Position numbers and translations under genes: made by a program. The notes beneath the pieces were generated by a model. The model did no database searches, was not told where the DNA came from, and saw only the letters and a list, made by a program, of their open reading frames with translations. From assembly GCA_964244585.1 (NCBI GenBank), contig CAXTJM010000018.1, positions 2,084-66,083 on the forward strand: a stretch of DNA of 64,000 nt, read 5' to 3'. The stretch is from an uncultured Acetobacteraceae bacterium (GTDB lineage Bacteria; Pseudomonadota; Alphaproteobacteria; Acetobacterales; Acetobacteraceae). This document shows, piece by piece, positions 9,291 to 17,892 of the stretch; position 1 is the first letter of the stretch, and every line of letters begins with the position of its first letter.

Positions 9291-9328
9291 GGTCTCTCGG
9301 GCTCTTGCGGGGTTCGAAGCGCGGAGGT

Positions 9329-10372
9329 CTACAAGGTGCCAGCCGGTGCGGCAAGCACATGGCGCCCGCCCGCAGGGTCGCGCACGACGTGACCGTCCAG
9401 GTAATCGGGCCCGACCGGGACCTTGCCATGGCCGCCCGGGATGTCCAGCACGTAGGTGGGCCAGGCCAGCCCGGTCACCCGCCCGCGCAGGGCTGCCAGC
9501 AACGCACGGCCTTCCGCGAGCGGCACGTGGAAGCGCGCCGTGCCGGGCGCCGGGTCGAGCTGGTGCAGGTAGTATGGCTTGACGCGGGCGGCGAGCATGG
9601 CGCGGAACAGGGCTTCCAACGCGGGCGCCGAATCGTTCACCCCGCGTAGCAGCACGGATTGGCCCAGCAGCGGCACGCCGCGCCGGGTGACGGCATGCAG
9701 CGCCGCTATCGCCGCCGGCGTGAATTCCCGCGCGTGATTGGCATGAACCACCAGCCAAAGCGGCTTGTCCGTCTCCAGCACCGGCGTCACGGCCTGCAAT
9801 TGCGCCGGATCGGCCACCGGCACGCGCGTATGGATGCGCAAGATCTGGATATGCGGGATCGCGTCCAGCGCCTTGAGGATGCCGCCGAGCCGTCGAGGCG
9901 ACAGCAGCAGCGGATCGCCGCCCGTCAGGATGATCTCGGTGATGGCCGGGCGCGCCCGCAGCCAATCCAGCGCACCGGCAAGCTGCGCGTCGGACAGCAG
10001 GCCGCCCGCGGGACCGACATGCTCGCGGCGGAAACAGAACCGGCAATACACCGGGCAAACCAGCAGCGGCTTCAGCAAAGCGCGGTCGGCATAGCGGTGC
10101 ACGATGCCCGGCACGGGGGACAGCGCGTCATCCCCGATCGGGTCGGCCCGCTCATGCGGCGCGGTTCGCAGCTCGTCCGGATGCGGGATGAACTGGCGGC
10201 CGATCGGATCGTCCGGATCGGCGATCAGCGCGGCCAGCGTTGGCGGCACCGCGACGGCGTAGCGCTCCCCCACCCGGTCCAGCACCGCCCGGTGCTCGGC
10301 CGGCACCAACCCGGCGGCAACCAGGGCGGCTGCGTCACGCAGCGTGTGGGCAGGAAGGGCGCCATCCGGCAT
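9329..10372 (-). CDS. epmB: EF-P beta-lysylation lysine 2,3-aminomutase (radical SAM, EpmB/KamA family)
   Basis: HRYADR, CPVYCRFCFRR (CxxxCxxC), ILTGGDPLL, QSVLLRGVND, PYYLHQLD; adjacent to efp and epmA. Confidence 0.92.
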   Translation of the reverse strand: MPDGALPAHTLRDAAALVAAGLVPAEHRAVLDRVGERYAVAVPPTLAALIADPDDPIGRQFIPHPDELRTAPHERADPIGDDALSPVPGIVHRYADRALLKPLLVCPVYCRFCFRREHVGPAGGLLSDAQLAGALDWLRARPAITEIILTGGDPLLLSPRRLGGILKALDAIPHIQILRIHTRVPVADPAQLQAVTPVLETDKPLWLVVHANHAREFTPAAIAALHAVTRRGVPLLGQSVLLRGVNDSAPALEALFRAMLAARVKPYYLHQLDPAPGTARFHVPLAEGRALLAALRGRVTGLAWPTYVLDIPGGHGKVPVGPDYLDGHVVRDPAGGRHVLAAPAGTL

Positions 10373-10400
10373 GGTGGCGGCGTGTAGTCCCGGAGCCTGC

Positions 10401-11402
10401 ATGCCGCAACCATCCTGGCATCCCGACCAGTTCGGCGCCCGCCTGCCCTTTCTGCGCCGGCGCGCCCGATTGGCCCAGGCGACGCGCGCCTTCTTCGACG
10501 CGCGCGGCTATATGGAGGTGGAGACGCCCTATGCCGTGCCCGTGCCTGGCGAGGACGTGCATCTGCGTGCCTTCCGCACCGAGCAGGTGGGCACTGACGG
10601 CGCCCGCACCCCGCTCTGGCTGCACACCAGTCCGGAATTCGCCATGAAGACGCTGCTGGTGGCGGGCGCCGGCCCGATCTTCCAGCTCGCCCGGGTCTGG
10701 CGCAACGAGGAAGGCAGCGACACCCATGCCGCCGAATTCACCATGCTGGAATGGTATCGCCCCGGCGCGTCGCTCGCGGCGCTGATGGACGAGACGGAAG
10801 CCCTGCTCCGTGCCGTCCTGCCGCCGGTGGTGCAATGCCGCGGCATCCAGACCGCCCTCGCCCCGTTCGAACGGCTGAGCATGGCCGAGGCGTTCGCGCG
10901 CTGGGCCGGCGTGGATGTCCTGGGTACCGCCGGCGACGCCGGGGCACTGGCCGGGCAGGCCGGCATCCGGTTGCGGGATGGCGAGACCTGGGAGGATCTG
11001 TTCTTCCGTCTGCTGCTGGACCGGGTGGAGCCGCATCTGGGCCGGACCACGCCCACCTTCCTGACCCAGTGGCCCGCCGAACAGGCTGCCCTTGCCCGCC
11101 GCGACCCGGACGAGCCGCGGGCGGCGCTGCGGTTCGAGCTGTTCGTCTGCGGCATGGAGCTGGCGAACGCGTTCGAGGAACTGACCGACGCGGCGGAGCA
11201 ACGCGCCCGCTTCGCCGCCGACCGTGCGCGGCGGGAGGCGCTGTACGGCAGCGAGTGGGAAACGGACGAGCGCTTTCTCGCGGCGTTGGCGCATGGCATG
11301 CCGCCGGCAAGCGGCATCGCCCTGGGTTTCGACCGCCTGGCGATGCTTGCGGCGGGGGCGGATCGGATCGAGCAGGTGACGTGGCTGCAGCCTGGTTGCT
11401 AG
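10401..11402 (+). CDS. epmA: EF-P lysine aminoacylase EpmA (GenX/PoxA)
   Basis: LHTSPEFAMK, FQLARVWRNEE, EFTMLEWYR, ELANAFEEL, SGIALGFDRL; lysyl-tRNA synthetase catalytic core without an anticodon domain. Confidence 0.95.
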   Translation: MPQPSWHPDQFGARLPFLRRRARLAQATRAFFDARGYMEVETPYAVPVPGEDVHLRAFRTEQVGTDGARTPLWLHTSPEFAMKTLLVAGAGPIFQLARVWRNEEGSDTHAAEFTMLEWYRPGASLAALMDETEALLRAVLPPVVQCRGIQTALAPFERLSMAEAFARWAGVDVLGTAGDAGALAGQAGIRLRDGETWEDLFFRLLLDRVEPHLGRTTPTFLTQWPAEQAALARRDPDEPRAALRFELFVCGMELANAFEELTDAAEQRARFAADRARREALYGSEWETDERFLAALAHGMPPASGIALGFDRLAMLAAGADRIEQVTWLQPGC

Positions 11403-11471
11403 CGCATCTGAAGGGCAGAGCCCCGGATTTGCCGGCTCATCCCGGCCGCGTTGGCTCCCCCAGCCCGCGCA

Positions 11472-11500
11472 TTGACCGAGTTGGAGGACGTCCCTATTCA
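11472..11500 (+). promoter_or_regulatory. sigma70 promoter for tRNA-Pro
   Basis: TTGACC-N17-TATTCA, 16 nt upstream of the tRNA. Confidence 0.6.
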
Positions 11501-11516
11501 ATCCGTTGCGGCCGGT

Positions 11517-11593
11517 CGGGGCGTGGCGCAGCCTGGTAGCGCGCCTGTTTTGGGTACAGGAGGCCCCCGGTTCGAGTCCGGGCGCCCCGACCA
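11517..11593 (+). tRNA. tRNA-Pro(TGG)
   Basis: CGGGGCG acceptor...CCTGT-TT-TGG-GT-ACAGG anticodon arm, GGTTCGAGTCC T-arm, encoded CCA; 77 nt. Confidence 0.97.
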
Positions 11594-11786
11594 TCTCCCG
11601 TCGAACCGCCACGCAACGATTACCGGCCCATCCACGCGGCGGCGGCGAGCGGCATGGGCTGGGCAGAGTGGAACCAGTGCCCCTAGGATGCTGCCCATCG
11701 ACAGTCCGGCCGGACCGCGGCTTGGGGGCCAGTTCCCGATCAAGCCCCGCGGTGTGCGCCACCGAACCCCAATGCCAGGAGCCGCC

Positions 11787-12611
11787 ATGACCCGCCCTCG
11801 CCTGACCGCCCTCGCCCTCATGTGCCTGCTTGTCCCCGGCGCACGGGCGGCCGGCTTGCCCGAGGCCATTCAGCAATCCGGCACGCTGCACCTGAGCGTC
11901 AACGCAACCTACGCACCCATGGAGTACCATGACCCGGCCAGCAACGACCTGACCGGGCTGGACATCGACCTGGCGAACGCACTGGCCAAGAAGCTGGGGG
12001 TCAAGATCGTCTGGAGCGACGTGGCCTTCGAGCAGCTCATCCCCTCGTTGCAGACCGGCCGGTCCGACTTCATCATCAGCGGCTTCTCGGATCGGGCATC
12101 CCGTCGCGAGATCGCCGATTTCGTCGACTACCTCACCACCGGCCCGCAATTTTTCGTCTTGTCCGGCAGTCCCGCCAAGGCGGAAATCGACCTGTGCGGC
12201 ATGAAGGTCGGCACCGTCCGCAGCACGTCTTTTCCGATCGAGATCGACAAGTGGAGCAAGGCGGATTGCGAGGCCGCCGGCAAGCCGGCCGTGCAGTACG
12301 TGCCGGGCGAGAACAGCATCGACGTGCGCAACCAGCTCAAGCAAGGCCGGATCGACGGCGCCGTGCAGGGTAGCGAGACGCTGCCCTATGCGCAGGCCAA
12401 CGAGCCGGACAAATATCGCATCGTCGGCAAGCCCATCTCGTACGGCGACCAGGGCATCGCCTTCCGCAAAACCGACACGGCCTTGCGCGACGCCGTGACG
12501 GATGCGCTGCGCGGGCTGATCGCGGACGGGAGCTACCAGGCCGTCCTGGCAAAATACGGCCTGGGCGCCAACGCCGTCACCGAGCCGATGCTGAACGCCT
12601 CGGCGCAATGA
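11787..12611 (+). CDS. Polar amino-acid ABC transporter substrate-binding protein
   Basis: Signal peptide; YAPMEY, GLDIDLA, FEQLIPSLQTGRSD, FVDYL; AGGAG RBS. Confidence 0.92.
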   Translation: MTRPRLTALALMCLLVPGARAAGLPEAIQQSGTLHLSVNATYAPMEYHDPASNDLTGLDIDLANALAKKLGVKIVWSDVAFEQLIPSLQTGRSDFIISGFSDRASRREIADFVDYLTTGPQFFVLSGSPAKAEIDLCGMKVGTVRSTSFPIEIDKWSKADCEAAGKPAVQYVPGENSIDVRNQLKQGRIDGAVQGSETLPYAQANEPDKYRIVGKPISYGDQGIAFRKTDTALRDAVTDALRGLIADGSYQAVLAKYGLGANAVTEPMLNASAQ

Positions 12612-13462
12612 GCGTCGGCGGCGTGGCCGAGGCATTCCCCGATCTGTCGGGCCTGCCGGTCGCCCGCCGCCTGCACTGGGGCCGTTGGCTCGCCGCCGGA
12701 TCGATGGTGGCCGTGCTGCTGCTGCTGGCCCGCGCCTTTGCCGGCGGGCAGATCGAGTGGGCCTATGTCGGCCGCTTCCTCACCGTGCCCGTCATCTTGC
12801 ATGGCATCGCGAACACCGTGGTGATGGCGGTGCTCGCCATGGCGCTCGGAATCGTGCTCGGCATCGGCGTCGCGGTCATGCGGCTTTCGCCCAACCCGGT
12901 GGTGGCGTCGGTGGCCGCCGGGTACACCTGGCTGTTCCGCGGCACGCCGCTGATCCTGCAATTGCTGCTGTGGTACAACCTGGCGCTGGTGTTCCCCACC
13001 ATCGGCGTTCCGGGCCTCTGGTCCGGTCGCGCCGTCGACATCATGACGCCGTTCCTGGCCGCATTGCTCGGCCTGGGCATCAACCAGGGCGCCTACACCT
13101 CGGAGGTGGTGCGGGCCGGCATGCTGTCGGTGGATGCCGGGCAGTACGAGGCAGCGGACGCGATCGGGATGGGCCGCATGCGGGCGTTGCGCCGGATCAT
13201 CCTGCCGCAAGCGATGCGCGTCATCGTGCCGCCGCTGGCCAACGAGTTCATCGGCCTGGTGAAGGCCACCTCGCTCGCCAGCGTGATCCAGTATCCCGAG
13301 GTGCTGCACAGCGCGGAGAACATCTACTATGCCAACTCCCGCGTGATCGAGCTGCTGATCGTGGCCGGGCTGTGGTACCTGCTCGTCGTCTCGGTCCTGG
13401 TTCCGTTGCAGGTGCTGGTGGAGCGCCGCTTCGCCCGCGGGATCGCAAGGGCCGCCCGTTAA
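12608..13462 (+). CDS. Amino-acid ABC transporter permease (HisM/GlnP family)
   Basis: FRGTPLILQL, AYTSEVVRAG, GQYEAA..IGM (EAA loop), LPQAMR; ATGA overlap with the SBP gene. Confidence 0.93.
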   Translation: MSVGGVAEAFPDLSGLPVARRLHWGRWLAAGSMVAVLLLLARAFAGGQIEWAYVGRFLTVPVILHGIANTVVMAVLAMALGIVLGIGVAVMRLSPNPVVASVAAGYTWLFRGTPLILQLLLWYNLALVFPTIGVPGLWSGRAVDIMTPFLAALLGLGINQGAYTSEVVRAGMLSVDAGQYEAADAIGMGRMRALRRIILPQAMRVIVPPLANEFIGLVKATSLASVIQYPEVLHSAENIYYANSRVIELLIVAGLWYLLVVSVLVPLQVLVERRFARGIARAAR

Positions 13463-13501
13463 GCCGTGCGCCGCAGCATGCAGTGCGGTGGCAGATGCCG
13501 T

Positions 13502-15442
13502 TCAAGCCACCAGCATGAACGCATCGAAATAGGCTGCGAGTTCGGCGTAGGCATCAAGGGGTAGCACGTTGCCGATGTATTGGTCGGGGCGGACGACAAC
13601 GACACAGCCGTGCATCCGGTCGACCTCCCTCGCGTCGAAAATGTCCCCTGCGCGTGGATCGGCACAGAATATCTTCTCGTAATCCGTGAGGCCATACCGG
13701 CCTTTTCGCGGCCGCAGCAGGCCCGGCATGTCCGCGTCCGACAGGTCACGGTGGCCCTGCTGGAACACGGCGCGCACATCGATGACCGCGTCGATATCGG
13801 CGCCGGCCGGCCGGTATTTCAGCACCGGCGCCAGTGGCGCTTCGGCCAGGTGGATGCACAGGGCCCGCAACCTGGAGGATGGGCTGCCAGGATCTTCGGG
13901 GTCGGCGAACAGGAACAAGCGCCAGCGGCCATCGGCCTTGACGGCGTGGCCAAGTTGGACCGGTTTGGCGTCTGCCAGCCGGATGACCGGCGCCGAGTGG
14001 AACCGTGTGCCGATGATGAATGACCGGGCAAGAGCCTGGTGCCGCGGCTCGGCCGAAATCAGGGATGGTTGGTAGCGGGTGGCCGTGCCGGCCGTGAAGC
14101 GGCCTTGCTTGGCGAAGTAGCGCTGGAACTCCGCCGGGTCGACCCCCCCGTCCTCGCCGGCACGCTTGGGGGTGGCGCTGAACATCTTGGCGAATTCCCG
14201 GTCGAAGTCGATCAATTCCTTGGCGATTGCCTGCCGCTCAGCCGAGTAGGTATGCAGGATGGCTGGCGAGGCGTGCCCGCGCAGGACCGATGCGAGCTTC
14301 CAGCCAAGATTGAAGCCGTCCTGCATCGAGACGTTCATACCCTGACCGGCCTTCGGGCTGTGGGTGTGGCAGGCATCGCCCGCGATGAAGACGCTGGGCA
14401 GCTCGGGGCCGGCGCTGCCCGCAGGCAGGTCGTCGAATGTGTCGCAGAGCCGCTGGCCGATCTCGTAGACCGACCACCAGGCCACTTCCTTCACCTCCAG
14501 CGTATAGGGATGCAGGATTCGCTGCGCCGCCGCGACCAGGCGGTCTATCGTGATGTTGCGTTCGCTCACGCGCTCGTTGGCGCGCAACTTGTCGAGTTCG
14601 ATGTAGAGCCGCACGAGGTATCCCCCCTCGCGCGGGATGATCAGCATGCTGCCTTCGGCGCCCGAGTGGATGGCCGTCTTCAGGCGGATGTCGGGGAAGT
14701 CGGTGACGGCCAGGATGTCCATCACACCCCAGGCCTGGTTCGCCGAATCCCCCTGCAGGGATAGCCCCAGCGCCTTGCGCACCCCACTGCGCGCGCCGTC
14801 GCACCCGACGACGTAGCGGGCCTGCACCGTTTTCACCTGTCCAGGCTGGTCCGCCGCAGCCCTCTGCAGGGTCACCGTCACCGGGTGGCTTGGCAGGCCG
14901 GTGACGGTGTTTGCCGAGCGTGCGATCCGCAGGTCAAGGAACGTCCACCCGTAATCCGGCTCCAACCTAGTCGGACCATCGCGCATGACGTCGAGCAGGA
15001 AGTCATGCACCCGAGCCTGGTTCAGGATGACATGCGGGAATTCCGATAGCCCATCCTCGGTGTCCTGGATCTTGCCGCTGCGGATGATCATGTCCCGGCG
15101 AACATCGTCCGGCTTCCAGAAGCACGTCTCGTTGATCCAGTAGGACTCCCGCAGCACCCGCTGGCTGAAGCCGAACGCCTCGAACATCTCCGTCGTCCGG
15201 CAGGCGATGCCGTCCGCCTGGCCGACCAGCAACCGGCCGGGCTTCTGATCGACGATACGGGTCGTTATACCGCCGAACGCCGCGAGTTGAGCCGCGAGCG
15301 TCAGTCCAGCCGGCCCGCTGCCGACGATCAACACGTCCACCTGGCCGGGAAGCCCATCCACAGGCGGTTCCTGATCCCTGACTTGGGCCGGCGTGGCGAT
15401 GGCTGGATCGCCGGGGACGTAGCCATTCAGATGAAACTGCAT
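13502..15442 (-). CDS. FAD-dependent monooxygenase, phenol 2-/3-hydroxybenzoate 4-hydroxylase (MobA) family
   Basis: MQFHLNG N-terminus, GSGPAG, YVVGCDGARS, FIAGDACHTHSPKAGQGMN, C-terminal thioredoxin-like VVVRPDQY. Confidence 0.88.
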   Translation of the reverse strand: MQFHLNGYVPGDPAIATPAQVRDQEPPVDGLPGQVDVLIVGSGPAGLTLAAQLAAFGGITTRIVDQKPGRLLVGQADGIACRTTEMFEAFGFSQRVLRESYWINETCFWKPDDVRRDMIIRSGKIQDTEDGLSEFPHVILNQARVHDFLLDVMRDGPTRLEPDYGWTFLDLRIARSANTVTGLPSHPVTVTLQRAAADQPGQVKTVQARYVVGCDGARSGVRKALGLSLQGDSANQAWGVMDILAVTDFPDIRLKTAIHSGAEGSMLIIPREGGYLVRLYIELDKLRANERVSERNITIDRLVAAAQRILHPYTLEVKEVAWWSVYEIGQRLCDTFDDLPAGSAGPELPSVFIAGDACHTHSPKAGQGMNVSMQDGFNLGWKLASVLRGHASPAILHTYSAERQAIAKELIDFDREFAKMFSATPKRAGEDGGVDPAEFQRYFAKQGRFTAGTATRYQPSLISAEPRHQALARSFIIGTRFHSAPVIRLADAKPVQLGHAVKADGRWRLFLFADPEDPGSPSSRLRALCIHLAEAPLAPVLKYRPAGADIDAVIDVRAVFQQGHRDLSDADMPGLLRPRKGRYGLTDYEKIFCADPRAGDIFDAREVDRMHGCVVVVRPDQYIGNVLPLDAYAELAAYFDAFMLVA

Positions 15443-15657
15443 ATCGGGCGTTCCCATGCGATGACTAATTGATGAAGCTCGGCCACGTCCGCACTTCAGT
15501 GTCTGGCGATGTTCCGTATACTGTCAATTAGGCGACGTGCCCGGCACGGCGATCAGTCGGACACTTCCGCTCCCTGACGGCACGAGCGTCCGACGCATGT
15601 TCAGCCAGCTGTGGGCCATGACGTCGGCACAATTGACACGCCGCCTGAAAGACACTC

Positions 15658-15729
15658 TGCCGGGTGAGGGATTTGAACCCCCGACCTTCGGTTTACAAAA
15701 CCGCTGCACTACCACTGTGCTAACCCGGC
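15658..15729 (-). tRNA. tRNA-Thr(TGT), CCA not encoded
   Basis: GCCGGGT acceptor, GCGGT-TT-TGT-AA-ACCGA anticodon arm, GGTTCAAATCC T-arm; followed by GAG rather than CCA. Confidence 0.93.
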
Positions 15730-15741
15730 ATTTCAGGGTCT

Positions 15742-15770
15742 GAACTAGACTGTAGTTGAAGGGCTTTCAA
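15742..15770 (-). promoter_or_regulatory. Putative sigma70 promoter for tRNA-Thr, overlapping an AGTTGAA/TTCAACT inverted repeat
   Basis: Minus strand TTGAAA-N17-TAGTTC 12 nt before the tRNA; 7-bp inverted repeat at 15754-15772. Confidence 0.4.
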
Positions 15771-15872
15771 CTCGCCCGTCAGCGGCCGGTCGAGCTGCCT
15801 TGGCGTTTCGCGGGCGGCCGGGCTTGGCATGGCGGGACGAAGCGGCCAAGTTTCCTGTGGGAGGGCTCGGCG

Positions 15873-17270
15873 ATGGCTCGGACGATGTTCGACAAAATCT
15901 GGGATCGGCACGTGGTGGCGGAGCTCGGCGAGGGCTGGGCGCTGCTGCACATAGACCGCCACCTGCTGCACGATCTCTCTGGCGGCCGTGCCCTGCAGGC
16001 GCTTGAGAAACGCGGCCTCACCGCCCGCAACCCCGAACTTGCTTTCGCCACGCCTGACCACGCGGTGTCCAGCGCACCGGGGCGGACGGCAGCCAGCTAC
16101 GGTCCGGGGGCGTTGCTGCATGAAGGCCTGCAAGCGCGGGCGCGGGCCAACCGCATCGCCTTTTTCGACCTGGGCGAGGATGGCCAGGGTATCGTGCACG
16201 TGATGGCGCCTGAACTCGGCATCGTGCTGCCGGGGACCACGCTGATCTGCGGCGACAGCCACACCTGCACCAATGGCGCGGTCGGGGCGCTGGCCTTCGG
16301 CGTGGGCTCGTCGGAGTTGACGCATGCCCTGGCGACGCAAACGCTGCGGCAACGCAAGCCGCGCAGCATGCGTTTGCGGTTCGAAGGTGTGTGCGGGCCG
16401 TATGTCGGTCCCAAAGACCTGATCCTGCACGCGATTGCCGTGCTGGGCGCCAAGGCGGGGACTGGCTACGCCGTGGAGTATGCCGGCGCAGCCGTGCGCG
16501 CGATGACCATCGAACAACGGTTGACGCTGTGCAACCTGTCGATTGAGATGGGCGCGAAGATGGGCATGATCGCGCCGGACGACACCACCTACGCCTATCT
16601 CCGGGACCGCCGCTTCGCTCCGCAAGGCGCCGCCTTCGTCGCTGCGATGGCAGAGTGGCGGCAGTTGCCGAGCGATCCGGGCGCGGTGTTCGAGCGGGAG
16701 GAGGTGATCGACGCCTCCATCGTGGCACCCACGGTGACCTGGGGCACGAGTCCGGAGCACGCGATCGGGGTCGATGGCCTCGTGCCGGATCCCGAAGCGT
16801 CGGCCAACCCGGCAATCCGCTCGGCTCAGGCGGCAGCGCTGCAGTACATGGACCTGCGGCCCGGGCAGCCCATCGCGGACACGAAGATCGACTGGGTGTT
16901 CATCGGCTCGTGCACCAACGGCCGGTTGTCCGATCTGCGGCAGGCCGCCTCCGTGCTCGGGGGCCGACGCGTGGCGCCCGGCGTCACTGCCTGGGTCGTA
17001 CCCGGCTCGGAGCGGGTGAAGCGCGATGCGGAAGCGGAGGGGCTCGACCGCTTGTTCCGCGACGCTGGCTTCGCCTGGCGGGAACCCGGATGCAGCATGT
17101 GCGTGGCCGCCAATGGGGAGCGTGTGCCGCCCGGCGCGCGGTCGGTCTCCACATCCAACCGCAACTTCGTCGGCCGGCAGGGCCCCGGGGCGCGCACCCA
17201 CCTCGCCAGCCCGGCGATGGCCGCCGCCGCCGCGTTGGCCGGACGCATCACCGACGTGCGGGAGATCTGA
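15873..17270 (+). CDS. LeuC-like aconitase-family [4Fe-4S] hydro-lyase large subunit (divergent paralog)
   Basis: FDKIWDRH, CGDSHTCT, IGSCTNGRL, PGCSMC, STSNRNF.GRQG; has HDLSGGRAL where canonical LeuC has HEVTSPQAF; no leuA or leuB nearby. Confidence 0.9.
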   Translation: MARTMFDKIWDRHVVAELGEGWALLHIDRHLLHDLSGGRALQALEKRGLTARNPELAFATPDHAVSSAPGRTAASYGPGALLHEGLQARARANRIAFFDLGEDGQGIVHVMAPELGIVLPGTTLICGDSHTCTNGAVGALAFGVGSSELTHALATQTLRQRKPRSMRLRFEGVCGPYVGPKDLILHAIAVLGAKAGTGYAVEYAGAAVRAMTIEQRLTLCNLSIEMGAKMGMIAPDDTTYAYLRDRRFAPQGAAFVAAMAEWRQLPSDPGAVFEREEVIDASIVAPTVTWGTSPEHAIGVDGLVPDPEASANPAIRSAQAAALQYMDLRPGQPIADTKIDWVFIGSCTNGRLSDLRQAASVLGGRRVAPGVTAWVVPGSERVKRDAEAEGLDRLFRDAGFAWREPGCSMCVAANGERVPPGARSVSTSNRNFVGRQGPGARTHLASPAMAAAAALAGRITDVREI

Positions 17271-17272
17271 CC

Positions 17273-17887
17273 GTGGAACAGTTCACCGTGCTCACCGGTA
17301 TGGCGGCGCCGTTGATGCGCGCGAACATCGACACCGATACCGTCATACGCATCGAGCGCTTGAGCAACACCGAGCCGGCCGACACCGCTCAGTGGCTGTT
17401 CGAGTCGCTGCGGTTCGACCCCGCCGGTCGGGAGAGACCCGACTTCGTGCTCAACCAGCCGCAGTTCCGCGACGCGCCGATCTTGCTGGCGGGCGAGAAT
17501 TTCGGCTGCGGGTCGTCGCGCGAGGGGGCTGTCTGGGCGCTGAAATACAGCGGCATACGCTGCGTGATCGCACCAAGCTTCGGGGATATCTTCGCGAACA
17601 ACTGCTACCAGAACTTCGTCCTTCCGGTGGCGCTGCCGGCCGACCAGGTGGAGCGGCTGGCTGCCGAATGCGCAGGCGGCAACGCCCGGGTGGTCGTCGA
17701 CCTTCGCCGAAAGGTGGTGGTGTCCCCGCACGGTGAGGAAATGCCGTTCGAGATCGAGGGGATCCGCCGGGACGCGCTCCTGGAGGGGCTTGACGAGATC
17801 GGGCTGACGTTGAAGCACGCGGCGGCGATCACGGCGTTCCAGGCGCGGGACAGGCAGGCGCGTCCGTGGGTCTGGCAGCCAGGATAA
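17273..17887 (+). CDS. LeuD-like hydro-lyase small subunit
   Basis: GTG start; RANIDTDTVI, GENFGCGSSREGAVWAL, SFGDIF.NN, LLEGLDEIGLTL. Confidence 0.92.
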   Translation: MEQFTVLTGMAAPLMRANIDTDTVIRIERLSNTEPADTAQWLFESLRFDPAGRERPDFVLNQPQFRDAPILLAGENFGCGSSREGAVWALKYSGIRCVIAPSFGDIFANNCYQNFVLPVALPADQVERLAAECAGGNARVVVDLRRKVVVSPHGEEMPFEIEGIRRDALLEGLDEIGLTLKHAAAITAFQARDRQARPWVWQPG

Positions 17888-17892
17888 GGCCG

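Noticed and set aside
9291-10058. N-terminal 255-aa extension of the efp ORF
   Set aside because: Overlaps epmB in another frame, is low-complexity Arg/Ala/Gly, and efp has its own RBS at 9290; not a fusion.
10335-12635. 766-aa minus-strand ORF
   Set aside because: Lies antisense to epmA, tRNA-Pro and the SBP gene; shadow frame.
15873-17887. Assigning gene symbols leuC/leuD
   Set aside because: The substrate motif is altered and the context is catabolic; left unnamed.
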